Of a stretch of 64,000 bases of DNA, positions 17,401 to 26,347 are shown in pieces. The position numbers and the translations under genes are program-made. Position 1 is the stretch's first letter, and each line of letters opens with the position of its first letter. This DNA is from a virus, in the IMG/VR virus record IMGVR_UViG_3300017957_001843, positions 11,244-75,243 of that record. One strand, given 5' to 3'. A model generated the notes under the pieces. The model saw nothing but the letters and a program-made list of their open reading frames with translations, was not told the DNA's origin and did not search any database.

Positions 17401-19813
17401 TGATAGTTTTGTTGCCGTCATTTATGCTATCATCTTCAGTCTGCTTAACTATGCCAACATACCCACTATTTACTCCTCCGCTTTGTGTTTCGCTCCCTGT
17501 CAAACTTGCATATGTAGATGTAAAATCATTAGAATTAACCCCACTAATACTCCAATCAAAAATATCACCAGAACTATAACCAGTAGTAGCGATCTGTGCA
17601 ATAAATACTCCGCCTTCTGTGATGCTAGTTATAGATTGTGAATTCTGGGTAAATGAAGGAGTGATACTTTTTGCAACAGGCGTTGTTGAAGTGTCTTGTA
17701 TTGTTGCAAATTTAGCATTTGAAACATTATTAGGTCCACTTACTCGTGTCCCGAAAATTTCTGATCCTTCAGTTGTGGAATCTGCAACAGTTGTTCTAGT
17801 AAATGTGTATGTACCGTCGCCTGTGTTTGGTAGATTAGTTATTGTAACTGCTGCTGAGCCGCTCATTACACCGCCAACAAAGTCTGCTGCAACAGCATTT
17901 GTTCCACTAGTTGCATTTACATTAGACCAACTTACGTTTCCTGTTGATGATGACCAATTACTTACTGTACCTGTATATGTGTATGTGTTATATGTAGTTT
18001 CGTTACCAATAGTCGGTGATGTGTAACCAGTATCAACAGATAAATCATTGTTTACTGTGGGTATGTTATTGTCAACGCCTGCGCCCGTCCAATAAATTTT
18101 ATAACTTTGACCATCACCTTCAGCTTTTAGTGCAGTAAAATCAAAAGTTCTATTTACAGCACGAAAATCAAGTACACTTTGAGGGATAACACTAATAGGA
18201 ACTGTCAATGATGCAGGACTTGCACCTAAACTATACGTTTTAGTTGCAGATCCGGATGTTGAACTTATACCGTCTACTGAAACATCCCAAGCCGTTGGTC
18301 TGCCAGTTTCTTGTACTGTAACATTTCCGCTTGCATTGCCTGTGCTTGTAAGAGTAATATTAGTAGTAGAGCTTGTTCCTATTTGCACATCGCCTATATC
18401 CCACGCTGTTGATTGTGTTAAGTATGAACTAGGTGAAACATCAAATGTAAACACTTGCGGAGGAGGTGGTGGCGGTGGTGGCGGTGGTGGCGGAGGTGGC
18501 GCAACACTAGTATCATTTATTGTCATACTAATGCTATCTTTTCCATTATCTAAACTTAGAGTAAGTGTTTCAGACCCTTCTGTAATTTGATCTGCTACAG
18601 GACTTATTACAACTGAATTAGTTGTACCTACAACAAAAGATCCTTGTAACGGAATACCTAAATCAGCCTGTGAAGTTCCTGTAATAGTATAAGGAATTAC
18701 TGTACCATTAGATACGTTACTAGTAGACAATGTTATGCTTGCGCTACTGCCTTCGTTTACATTACTTGCAGACCTACTCAAATTGTAAGTAGCAACAGGC
18801 GGCTGCGATGCACTTAGCTCAACAATGTTACTTCCTACAGGTACATCTGCTGATCCATATACCACTGTGTTATAAGTCTGCCCGTTAATATCTACAGATC
18901 CGTTTGGTATAAGTAATTGTGCGCTACTGGTCCAATTACCAAATACAGGCTCATCTATACTGAATCCGCCTGGACTAGGATCAGCAAAATTTACTTTAAA
19001 TTGTATAGTCCTTGAATCTACATCTAGTGCATACAATTCATATTGACTTAAATTATAAGTGCCTCCTGCATTTTTACTGTAGCAAAGTTGGTAGCTACTA
19101 CTAAGGTTAGTTGCACCAACATTTTGTCCATTACCTACGCCGGCATTGCTAAAAGTTCTATCACCTTTAAAACTTACAACTCCCATACTTTGCATTTCTG
19201 TTTGCCAGTCCACAGTTTTTTGTTGTGATCCTGTATAACTTACACTTGCACTAAATCTTACCTCACCCCCTGCGTTAAAAAAATGACGGCGAGTTTCGTC
19301 TGTAGGGAAAGTAATCGTAAAAATATGGTTAATAAAACTAGTCCATTGACCATTTACAGAATTTAAATATGTGCTGGTAATTTGATTGCCACTGGAATTA
19401 TTCAAATCAGCAACATTTGCTTGTCCTACTGTATCTATCTCAAATCTATCATTTTCGATTTGAGTCATTAAATTTTCTAAATTTTGTATATAAGTAAGTT
19501 CTACAAGCTCAGCGTCATTGGGATTGTTGACAAAGTCTCCTACAACAAAATCATTTACTGAAACATTTCCAGCACCTAATTGGTGTGCTCTACATCTAAT
19601 TAAATCTATGTATAAGTCTTCGTATTGTTGTGCAGTGATTTTATCACTAGAAGGAGGCGCAACAGATCTTGTTCCGTCTACATTTTGAGATGCATTAAGT
19701 GTTTCACCATACCCAAAGTCGGGTGCTGCTGTTAAAGATGTCCCTAGTACTTTTTCTAGCCTATCCTGTAGGCTGTTAAAGCGAGACGCTAAAATCGTTG
19801 TAGTTGTTGCCAT
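14426..19813 (-). CDS. Long tail fibre/adhesin-like virion protein with Ig/Calx-beta-like repeats and three polyproline tracts
   Basis: N-terminal ~300 aa shared with 19870..24825 (GYG.TL, RRHFFN.GG..RFS); S/T/G/N-rich beta repeats of the type EG....T..T......DF.....G; pure poly-Pro linkers. Confidence 0.8.
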   Translation of the reverse strand: MATTTTILASRFNSLQDRLEKVLGTSLTAAPDFGYGETLNASQNVDGTRSVAPPSSDKITAQQYEDLYIDLIRCRAHQLGAGNVSVNDFVVGDFVNNPNDAELVELTYIQNLENLMTQIENDRFEIDTVGQANVADLNNSSGNQITSTYLNSVNGQWTSFINHIFTITFPTDETRRHFFNAGGEVRFSASVSYTGSQQKTVDWQTEMQSMGVVSFKGDRTFSNAGVGNGQNVGATNLSSSYQLCYSKNAGGTYNLSQYELYALDVDSRTIQFKVNFADPSPGGFSIDEPVFGNWTSSAQLLIPNGSVDINGQTYNTVVYGSADVPVGSNIVELSASQPPVATYNLSRSASNVNEGSSASITLSTSNVSNGTVIPYTITGTSQADLGIPLQGSFVVGTTNSVVISPVADQITEGSETLTLSLDNGKDSISMTINDTSVAPPPPPPPPPPPPPPQVFTFDVSPSSYLTQSTAWDIGDVQIGTSSTTNITLTSTGNASGNVTVQETGRPTAWDVSVDGISSTSGSATKTYSLGASPASLTVPISVIPQSVLDFRAVNRTFDFTALKAEGDGQSYKIYWTGAGVDNNIPTVNNDLSVDTGYTSPTIGNETTYNTYTYTGTVSNWSSSTGNVSWSNVNATSGTNAVAADFVGGVMSGSAAVTITNLPNTGDGTYTFTRTTVADSTTEGSEIFGTRVSGPNNVSNAKFATIQDTSTTPVAKSITPSFTQNSQSITSITEGGVFIAQIATTGYSSGDIFDWSISGVNSNDFTSTYASLTGSETQSGGVNSGYVGIVKQTEDDSINDGNKTITFTWTHRDSGDSASASLDLLDNDNPNNSITMPSTIRANTPFNISVSGDPFQSVTINTSHTSPLLINQSNTISLNSSGLGTWSRNHISPGTYNAVATFSTGNPSTASASQTVTSNLQLDRNNFTITTGATGANREVSLSGGFPNGNFYANGFNLGNFNSSGVAAGIQVQSSPAGNYSITFTDDNSGSVTLNYTVTDTYTVSLSVSPTNPVTGDTVTLSATGGRPNSSFTISGSDTLADNFDANGNWSLSAVINTPGTRNYNLSPANFLDTGANISFTVTAAVNENVQMVAIDPGINGEVGIYVTNATPFDTFTITNTSGFSQIVGSGNTNSLGNTSLVAIATSVYPNCAATLNFSSTGNTRTASVSTAAPSYSITGPAGNVISEGSSGTYTVTTSGIPNGTSLYWRINNLTTSSADFSSTSGSFTINNNTGQFSISPTADQTTEGQESFQVVVSATSGGSAVATTSTTVGDTSTTPSNPSPNTPSISWSPTTGTVNSTNYTMSWDANNNETIFGTIVSVTDPNGQQIYNSTQNSGSDSGTASVVGTYTASIAVFNRNDPNLATGADATMTASAAVVVPTPSIAFDEPSGIIGDTIAANFSRGGGNSSYAAIYPPSSSTSVTNSTAASGTLLHEVLSGTGNWRASIATAYTNSSGTTSYATASDTIPIANAPVAAPTPSVTVTSSAPHYVGDTGTFYYQPNLGFTGNSSYTYIRNPSGSVTSSSTTTSAHSLSVILAQTGTYVGGAFVTYTDENGQSQSVSVTANLSVVAAPPPPPPPPPPPPPPPPPASGSYAISPSSGVVNSTTFTASWSWSNGTDVYLAYYRDGSYIGAFAPTQNPGSLPQTFSSTGNFTIYLVNDWFGSKTTLASDSITVTASVPPPPPPPPPPPPPPPPPPPPPPPPPPSYQIGISVSVVGTTAIASVTGGIPNTSYSYAVYRNGTFYTSGSRTTNSSGNDFIDATFPVGSYSVGVAQTGAGSASTTFTITGGGLPSF
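14696..14773 (-). repeat. Polyproline-coding tract (~26 Pro)
   Basis: Run of CCN codons (mixed CCA/CCG/CCT) on the - strand. Confidence 0.95.
15044..15094 (-). repeat. Polyproline-coding tract (~17 Pro)
   Basis: Run of CCN codons using all four Pro codons. Confidence 0.95.
18458..18499 (-). repeat. Polyproline-coding tract (~14 Pro)
   Basis: Run of mixed CCN codons. Confidence 0.95.
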
Positions 19814-19836
19814 TAACTTTCTCTTAGTTGCTAGTG

Positions 19837-19844
19837 TATTTATT
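19837..19844 (-). promoter_or_regulatory. Late-type promoter (AATAAATA)
   Basis: In the short intergenic gap 24 nt upstream of the 1795-aa fibre ATG; one mismatch to T4 TATAAATA. Confidence 0.6.
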
Positions 19845-19869
19845 CAAAAGCAACTTCAACGATTTTTTA

Positions 19870-22800
19870 CTATCTTATATCAATGCCAGTTTCAACAACT
19901 ATAACACTTTGTGATACAGTTGTACCGTCTACCTGTAATGATGCTTTCACTTGCCTAGTCGGCTGTCCGTCGTTTACACCCATTACATAACCCGGAACAT
20001 ATATACTTCCTGATCCTGTCGAAGTTGTAAAAGTTTGATCAAGCCATATGTTATTACCCACCATATCTTGTATAATGACTCTAAAGTTTGTGCCACCGCC
20101 GGTTGTATAGCTCCAAGCTACAAGGTCTCCTGCTCCATAAATAGTCAGCGGACTACCAAAGGTAATTGTTCCATCTGGTGTAGGTGTAGTAATAACTTCT
20201 ACTGATGTACTATCTATCAATACTTCTTTTGTGATTGAATCATACAAATTGTAATTCCACACGCCAAGAGTATCCGGAGCATTTACTGTAAACGATCCTC
20301 CAGCACTAGTTAAAGCAATTAGCTGTGCTATTGGTCCAGTTACCGGATCTACAAATTCTAAATAAACTTGAGATCCTGGAGCATTTTGCACTGACCAAGT
20401 ATATGTAAGATCTGTATCACTATATGCAACAGCAGGTAAAACTGTAAGAGATCCTGTAGCAGCTTGTTCTGCAAGTTCATACGTTGCATCAGCAATAAAT
20501 TTACCATTCACAAACAACTCGAATGTATAGGTTCCAGTTCCGTTTTGAAGTGTACGAGATTTAGAGCCACTTGTGCCTACATTTTCTAACTGATTATCTC
20601 TTTGCACTAATGCACCATTTGGACCTATTATCTGTACATAGATGCTAGTTGCACCAGTTGTGCTCCAGGAGTATGTTGCTTCATTATTTCCTGAACCTGC
20701 TGCAACTGATATACTACCAGTAACTTGTTCAGTTATTGTTAGTGCTGCACTATCGACCACGGGTCCTATTTGACTATTTGCGTGTGCATTTACAAGATAC
20801 TCGCCTGTAGACAATAATTCAGTTATATTAATTGAAGTACCATTGCCACTTACTGTAGTTGGTCCTAGGAGACTTCCGTCTCCACTTGCATCATATACAC
20901 TCCACCATATAGATGTTCCGTCTGCAACATCAGTTGTTGCTAGATCATAAGTAGCAGATTGTCCCTCCTGAACAGTTTGTGTTGCAGGTGTTATGATATA
21001 AGTTGGGGTAGGTGCAGGTGCTTCTTCACGCTGTATCGTTAGTGTAAATTCTGGATAATTGCCGCTGTAACCAGGAGAAACAAATGCATATTTCACTCTA
21101 TATGTTGTATTGTCATCATCTGGTACCGTTGCTGCTACACCTATATCTGCTGTATTGTAGTTTGCAGCGTATTGTAGCGTTCCGCTCGTTGGTGAAACAG
21201 CAGCATAAACGCCTGTTGGTTTTTCACTTACATAAGCTGACCAATCAAGGGGTAGTTGCCTTGGAGAGCTGCCTTCATCCTTGTATAATTTGAAAGTTGT
21301 TGAAGGTGTATGGCTTCCAGTCGCAGGAATAGTTATAGTCTCACTGGAGGTACTTAAATAAAGAGGAGTGTCTTCAACTTGTGGTTGTTCCACTGTAACA
21401 TATTTTGTATCTGTGTTAACTCCTGGATAGCTATATGATATAGTATAGGTAATTTCTCCAGGTTCGGGTTCTGTAATTTGAACACTTGCATTGCCTAAAT
21501 TATTAAAAGTTCCACTAATTAGTCCTGACCCAGATCCGTTTATAGTCCACGTTGTATTAGGTTGACCGCCTGTTGCTGTTATAGTGAAAGGTACATCTTC
21601 GGTTACTGTACCAGGAACTGTCCATACCACATCACTAGGCGGAGTTGTTGCGTCTTCATATGAAATATAAATTGTTTTTAGATTACTACCGTTTGGAGTA
21701 GTACGCAACACAGTGCCAAATCTTTCTGCATCTGCTATTCCGTCGTCAGCAAGGGTTCTAGAAAACTGTGCTGTGTTGTTTTGTATTGTAATCGAACCAT
21801 TCATTGCACCGTCAGTAAAATCATTTCCGTTAACACTTTGAACAGCCTGCCCTGATTTGTGTGCCCAATAAAGAGTTGTACCGTTTGCTACATTCGTTGT
21901 AGTAACAGTAAAGGTTACTGTTTCACCTTCTGTCATAGATGACTTATCTGCTGACATATCATAAGTGGGTGTTGTATCCACTTCAGGAGTGACTCTTACA
22001 GGATAGCTAATAGATGTACCTGCAGTATGTCTTATTAATAGACTCATATTTACCTGTGTATCGCTATTAATAATAGCACCTATTTTAATGCTTTTCATAG
22101 CTAGGGGAGTAACTAAAAATGGAAAATTTATTGCACTGTTGGATGGGTTTGATACCGTCAATGCGCCCTGTGAAGGATACTGGGGTATAATATCGGTTAC
22201 TGAAACATTACCACCTATGGAATATATATCAATGGTAGCAAATCCTGTATCCCCAGGAGGTAAAGTAAGGTTTGTACTTGCAGGTGCTACTTTAAGTTCT
22301 GGAGTTTCTGGTGGCTCTACTTCTATTTCAACATATGAAATTTGAATTGCGCCGTCGCCGCCGCTGTTAAATCCTGTAGACGATCCGCCGCTTGCGCCGC
22401 CACCGCCGCCATATGTTCCGCCAGTTGCCCCAGATCCAGAGTTTCCTCCAGCACTGCCGCCGCCTGGTGAACCTGATTGCCCTGCTGCACCAAAAGTGCC
22501 CGTGCTGTCAAGTTGTTGGTTAAAACCAACACCGCCGCCACCTCCAGCATCAAGGCTAGGACTTGATGATCCTGAGCCACCACCACCACCGCCGGCACCT
22601 GCGCCGCCGTTGCTGCCGTTAGTTGCTAGTATACCTGAAATGCTGCGGCCACCGTTACCTCCGTCTCCGCCGTTGGCATTAAGTCCTCCGGCGCCACCGC
22701 CGCCGCCTCCACCATAGGTATAATAGCCGCTTCCACCTCGACCACCGTTGCCGCCTGCTGATCCAGGAGATACAAATCCTCCAGGAGTTCCGCCAGACGA

Positions 22801-24825
22801 TAAAACTGTGTTATCTAAAATTTTGCCGCCTGCGCCTCCGCCTGAGGCTCTAAGAAAACTGCTGGAACTCCACCAAGTAGATTCGCCTGCGCCACCTGCG
22901 GCTCCGCCTGCACCAACATCTACATTAAATTCCAATCCAGCAGTAGGTCGAGTATATGTATATTCGGCATAGCCGCCACCACCGCCACCGCCGGCGCCGT
23001 TATTTTGACCAGAACCGCCACCGCCAATAACTTTGACTGTTAAGGTTTCGAGATTTCCAGGAACTCTATAATAATAGCTACCAGGTCCTCTAGTTACACT
23101 AGGGCTAGTATTTGGTATTTCTGTACGCACATTTGTTGGGAATGAGCTATCAGTGATCCTAGTCCTTGCTTCTGGTGGTTTGTTAAGCACAATTGTACCG
23201 TTAATACTACCTGTTCTTATTTGTACATCAAACGCTTCAGGTCCTTCTAGTAAATTGTCAGGTCTAGTTATTAAAATAAATGATCCAGTATTGTTATTAA
23301 TTGTAAATGAACCGCTAGGTGTTTCTGCAAAATCATCTTCGCTTATGTTACCTTCAGCCTGGAATACTGTGTAAAATAATTCTGTTCCATCATCGAGATT
23401 GGTAGTAGTGACAGTATATAATACTGTTGCATTATCTTCGTCAACAACATTTGTATTTGCACTAACTGCATAAGTAGGATCTGGAGCTTCTACAGTACCT
23501 AAACTATCATCTATGATTGTAATTGCACCTGTTTGGGCAACCTGGGTAGTTCTTTCTATGTTTGTAAATAATCTCAAACGGAAAGATTCACTACCTTCGG
23601 TAATTGCATCTGCTCTTATGTTTCTATTTACTGTTCTTTCAGCCTGTGTATATGAAGATGTAATTGTAACACTACCTTGCAGTGTATTATCCTCAAAATC
23701 TGCTGCTGTAATATTGCCACTTAATATTTGTGTGTCCCAATATAGTGTCACAGGAAAATCTACATTTACTGCCTGTACTATGTAATCTACACTAGAATAT
23801 TGTCCATTAGCAACATTTCCAATTTCATACTGATCTCTTGCTGTAGTAATACCGAAAGAATATTCTGGATTCTTATTCACTTCGGGGGGAATCTCATAAC
23901 CTGATAGTGATGTTTCAGTGTATAATGAAGGAGACTTAACACTAACATAGTTACCTACTGCTCTATAAACTTGTATGTTGCTTTCTAACTTTCCGTCAAC
24001 GTTGTTGTCATAATTAGATCCTGTAGACGAATCATTGAAATCTACTTTGAATTCAATCTTTTTATCATCTACTTGTCTAGCTTTTATAGAATAGTTATTA
24101 GATGCATAAAGACTACTATAAGTTCCGCGGCCACTTTTTTGAAAGATTGTCTGGAAGCTAGTTGTTAAGTCATAATTACCAATGTATGTCTGCGGAACGT
24201 TGCCTACAGTAGTTGTTGTATATCCAAAAGATACAGTGCCTACATCATTACACAAATCAGCCCAGTCTAATCCTTTTGCATTTCTTGCTCCAACATTTGC
24301 AGTAGAAAAACGTATTTGTCCGCCTGTATTAAAAAAATGTCTTCTATGATTAGCATCATCAAAAGTGACTGTAAAAATGTGTGATATTACATCATTCCAT
24401 CTTGCAGATCTATTATCTGTTAACTCTAATTTTTGCTCAGCCTGTGAAGGATGAATATTAAATTTATCTGATTCTACTTGGGATATTAAATCTTCAAAAT
24501 CTTCAAATCCTTTTAACTCACCCTCAGGATCTGTAGAAACTAAACCATCATCATTAACAAATTGGCTTGTGTCTTCAGCAATTGTATTTAAATTGGCTGT
24601 AACCCTTGCAATACTTAAATCGCCTGGTCCTACTTGGTGCACCCTTGCATTTAAAATATCTGTATAAATGTTGTTTATATCAGAAGCTCTAATAATACCG
24701 TCTGTGGCATTAACTTGAGAACTGGCTAATGTTTGTCCGTAGCCATTTTGGCCCGATCCTTCTCCATATACTAACGCAATCCTATTTTGCAGGTTATTAA
24801 TATCAGCTGCTTGGATATTAGCCAT
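19870..24825 (-). CDS. Long tail fibre-like virion protein with Calx-beta/Ig-like repeats and a glycine-rich domain
   Basis: N-terminus paralogous to the 1795-aa protein; EG.E.F repeats; glycine-rich segment VIGGGGSG...GGGGGG (about 22340-23030). Confidence 0.8.
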   Translation of the reverse strand: MANIQAADINNLQNRIALVYGEGSGQNGYGQTLASSQVNATDGIIRASDINNIYTDILNARVHQVGPGDLSIARVTANLNTIAEDTSQFVNDDGLVSTDPEGELKGFEDFEDLISQVESDKFNIHPSQAEQKLELTDNRSARWNDVISHIFTVTFDDANHRRHFFNTGGQIRFSTANVGARNAKGLDWADLCNDVGTVSFGYTTTTVGNVPQTYIGNYDLTTSFQTIFQKSGRGTYSSLYASNNYSIKARQVDDKKIEFKVDFNDSSTGSNYDNNVDGKLESNIQVYRAVGNYVSVKSPSLYTETSLSGYEIPPEVNKNPEYSFGITTARDQYEIGNVANGQYSSVDYIVQAVNVDFPVTLYWDTQILSGNITAADFEDNTLQGSVTITSSYTQAERTVNRNIRADAITEGSESFRLRLFTNIERTTQVAQTGAITIIDDSLGTVEAPDPTYAVSANTNVVDEDNATVLYTVTTTNLDDGTELFYTVFQAEGNISEDDFAETPSGSFTINNNTGSFILITRPDNLLEGPEAFDVQIRTGSINGTIVLNKPPEARTRITDSSFPTNVRTEIPNTSPSVTRGPGSYYYRVPGNLETLTVKVIGGGGSGQNNGAGGGGGGGYAEYTYTRPTAGLEFNVDVGAGGAAGGAGESTWWSSSSFLRASGGGAGGKILDNTVLSSGGTPGGFVSPGSAGGNGGRGGSGYYTYGGGGGGGAGGLNANGGDGGNGGRSISGILATNGSNGGAGAGGGGGGSGSSSPSLDAGGGGGVGFNQQLDSTGTFGAAGQSGSPGGGSAGGNSGSGATGGTYGGGGGASGGSSTGFNSGGDGAIQISYVEIEVEPPETPELKVAPASTNLTLPPGDTGFATIDIYSIGGNVSVTDIIPQYPSQGALTVSNPSNSAINFPFLVTPLAMKSIKIGAIINSDTQVNMSLLIRHTAGTSISYPVRVTPEVDTTPTYDMSADKSSMTEGETVTFTVTTTNVANGTTLYWAHKSGQAVQSVNGNDFTDGAMNGSITIQNNTAQFSRTLADDGIADAERFGTVLRTTPNGSNLKTIYISYEDATTPPSDVVWTVPGTVTEDVPFTITATGGQPNTTWTINGSGSGLISGTFNNLGNASVQITEPEPGEITYTISYSYPGVNTDTKYVTVEQPQVEDTPLYLSTSSETITIPATGSHTPSTTFKLYKDEGSSPRQLPLDWSAYVSEKPTGVYAAVSPTSGTLQYAANYNTADIGVAATVPDDDNTTYRVKYAFVSPGYSGNYPEFTLTIQREEAPAPTPTYIITPATQTVQEGQSATYDLATTDVADGTSIWWSVYDASGDGSLLGPTTVSGNGTSINITELLSTGEYLVNAHANSQIGPVVDSAALTITEQVTGSISVAAGSGNNEATYSWSTTGATSIYVQIIGPNGALVQRDNQLENVGTSGSKSRTLQNGTGTYTFELFVNGKFIADATYELAEQAATGSLTVLPAVAYSDTDLTYTWSVQNAPGSQVYLEFVDPVTGPIAQLIALTSAGGSFTVNAPDTLGVWNYNLYDSITKEVLIDSTSVEVITTPTPDGTITFGSPLTIYGAGDLVAWSYTTGGGTNFRVIIQDMVGNNIWLDQTFTTSTGSGSIYVPGYVMGVNDGQPTRQVKASLQVDGTTVSQSVIVVETGIDIR

Positions 24826-24834
24826 AACAATTCC

Positions 24835-26310
24835 TTATACTTTTAGAACACATTCTACTAATTTTTCATCTTCATCGTTATTTGTTTCCAATGCAATTCC
24901 GACTAAAGCATTTGATTGTATAGTAGTACAAACTCCTTCATCCCAAGCATACACAGCTTGACCTTTGGATACTGGGCCTTTTATCCTTACCGGAACTCTC
25001 CCTTTCAAAGCAATAGCTTGGCCGTCTGCTTCTGAATTCATCAAATATGCAGGCTTTTCTGAAATAACACCTATGCACAAATCGCTAGTTTTTGCAGGCC
25101 TTGTTTCTTCATCTCCGCCTACTGCCATTGCTGTTCCTACAGGACATTCACAACAGGTGGTATATTTTTCTGCTAAGTCGGCATATCTAGCCTGTGTAGC
25201 TGTACCTTGAAACAAATTAGCAACAATATTTCCGTCTGCTGTACGCACAGCAACAGTATTATTAGAAAGCAATTGACTTCCTGTTGCATATTGGCCTGTT
25301 GCATATTTTAATTTATCTGCGTTGTCTGCTGTTCCTCTTAAATTTGTTGCATATACTTCGTTCCATCTAAGATCAGCAGTACCTATATCAAAAGAATTAT
25401 CAGAACCAGGTTTAATTCCTATAGAATCAACACGCCCAATTTCTTCTGTAGTTCCTAGGTTATTAGTTACTCTCCAAATTATACTTTGTGTAGGTAAAGT
25501 ATTTTCTAATATTCCATTGTTATCTGCAACATACATTCTAAATTCATTATTATTTCCTATTGTTATACCATCGTTAGGAAAATTTGTTACACCAGTAAAT
25601 GTTGCGCCATCTCTTAATAAAAATTCGGTTACTGCTTTTCCATCTAATTTAGCTGCATTAGAAGCAGTACCGTGGAATTCATACTCTCTATCAGGAATTC
25701 CTGCACTATTTGTCACACCATTATCAACTAATTGTGTCCATTTCAAAGTTACACCTTTTCTAACAGTGTCAAAACCGGCAATAGCATTACTAGGATCAAT
25801 AGAAAATTCTTTTGAACTTATGATAGTGACAACCTCATCTTCTACAGTAGAAGCTATACAAGTATATGTTTCGCCATCAAGTCCTAAAATATCAAGGCTG
25901 ACCATTTGTGTAAGTCCTTCGCCTGCGTTTTGAGGACCAATCAGTACATAAACTGCACCATTATACACATATAATTGATCATTACCTGAATCCCACCAAA
26001 AATCGCCAACAGTTGAACCAGTGGGTTGAGAATCAGCTGCATTAGCACCTCCGGATGTTTTCCAAGTATTACCATCATAGAATTTTAATTTTGTAGCAGC
26101 ACTGTCATACCAAATTTGTCCGCTTAATGGTCTTGGCGGAGCAACTGTACCTGAAAAGTTTTCTAAAAGATACAAAAAGTTTTCATTTTGTATTTCTCCG
26201 TACCCGGCATAATTTTTACCTATAAACTTAAGATCTGTTGTTTGATCTAAAGTACCATCCTCTACATTGGTTAATATAGTATTGTTAAATCTATCTATTT
26301 GGTAAGCCAT
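24835..26310 (-). CDS. Baseplate/tail fibre protein with C-terminal peptidase G2/intramolecular-chaperone-like domain
   Basis: Shared N-terminus MAY.I...GKNY.GYGE..NENF..LLENF...GQ.WYD; C-terminal YADLAEKY...GVISEKPAYLMN...ALKGRVPV. Confidence 0.7.
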   Translation of the reverse strand: MAYQIDRFNNTILTNVEDGTLDQTTDLKFIGKNYAGYGEIQNENFLYLLENFSGTVAPPRPLSGQIWYDSAATKLKFYDGNTWKTSGGANAADSQPTGSTVGDFWWDSGNDQLYVYNGAVYVLIGPQNAGEGLTQMVSLDILGLDGETYTCIASTVEDEVVTIISSKEFSIDPSNAIAGFDTVRKGVTLKWTQLVDNGVTNSAGIPDREYEFHGTASNAAKLDGKAVTEFLLRDGATFTGVTNFPNDGITIGNNNEFRMYVADNNGILENTLPTQSIIWRVTNNLGTTEEIGRVDSIGIKPGSDNSFDIGTADLRWNEVYATNLRGTADNADKLKYATGQYATGSQLLSNNTVAVRTADGNIVANLFQGTATQARYADLAEKYTTCCECPVGTAMAVGGDEETRPAKTSDLCIGVISEKPAYLMNSEADGQAIALKGRVPVRIKGPVSKGQAVYAWDEGVCTTIQSNALVGIALETNNDEDEKLVECVLKV

Positions 26311-26336
26311 TCTTGTTAACCCCTAGTGCTATATGT

Positions 26337-26344
26337 TATTTATT
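26337..26344 (-). promoter_or_regulatory. Late-type promoter (AATAAATA)
   Basis: Intergenic, upstream of the ATG at 26310. Confidence 0.55.
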
Positions 26345-26347
26345 CGT

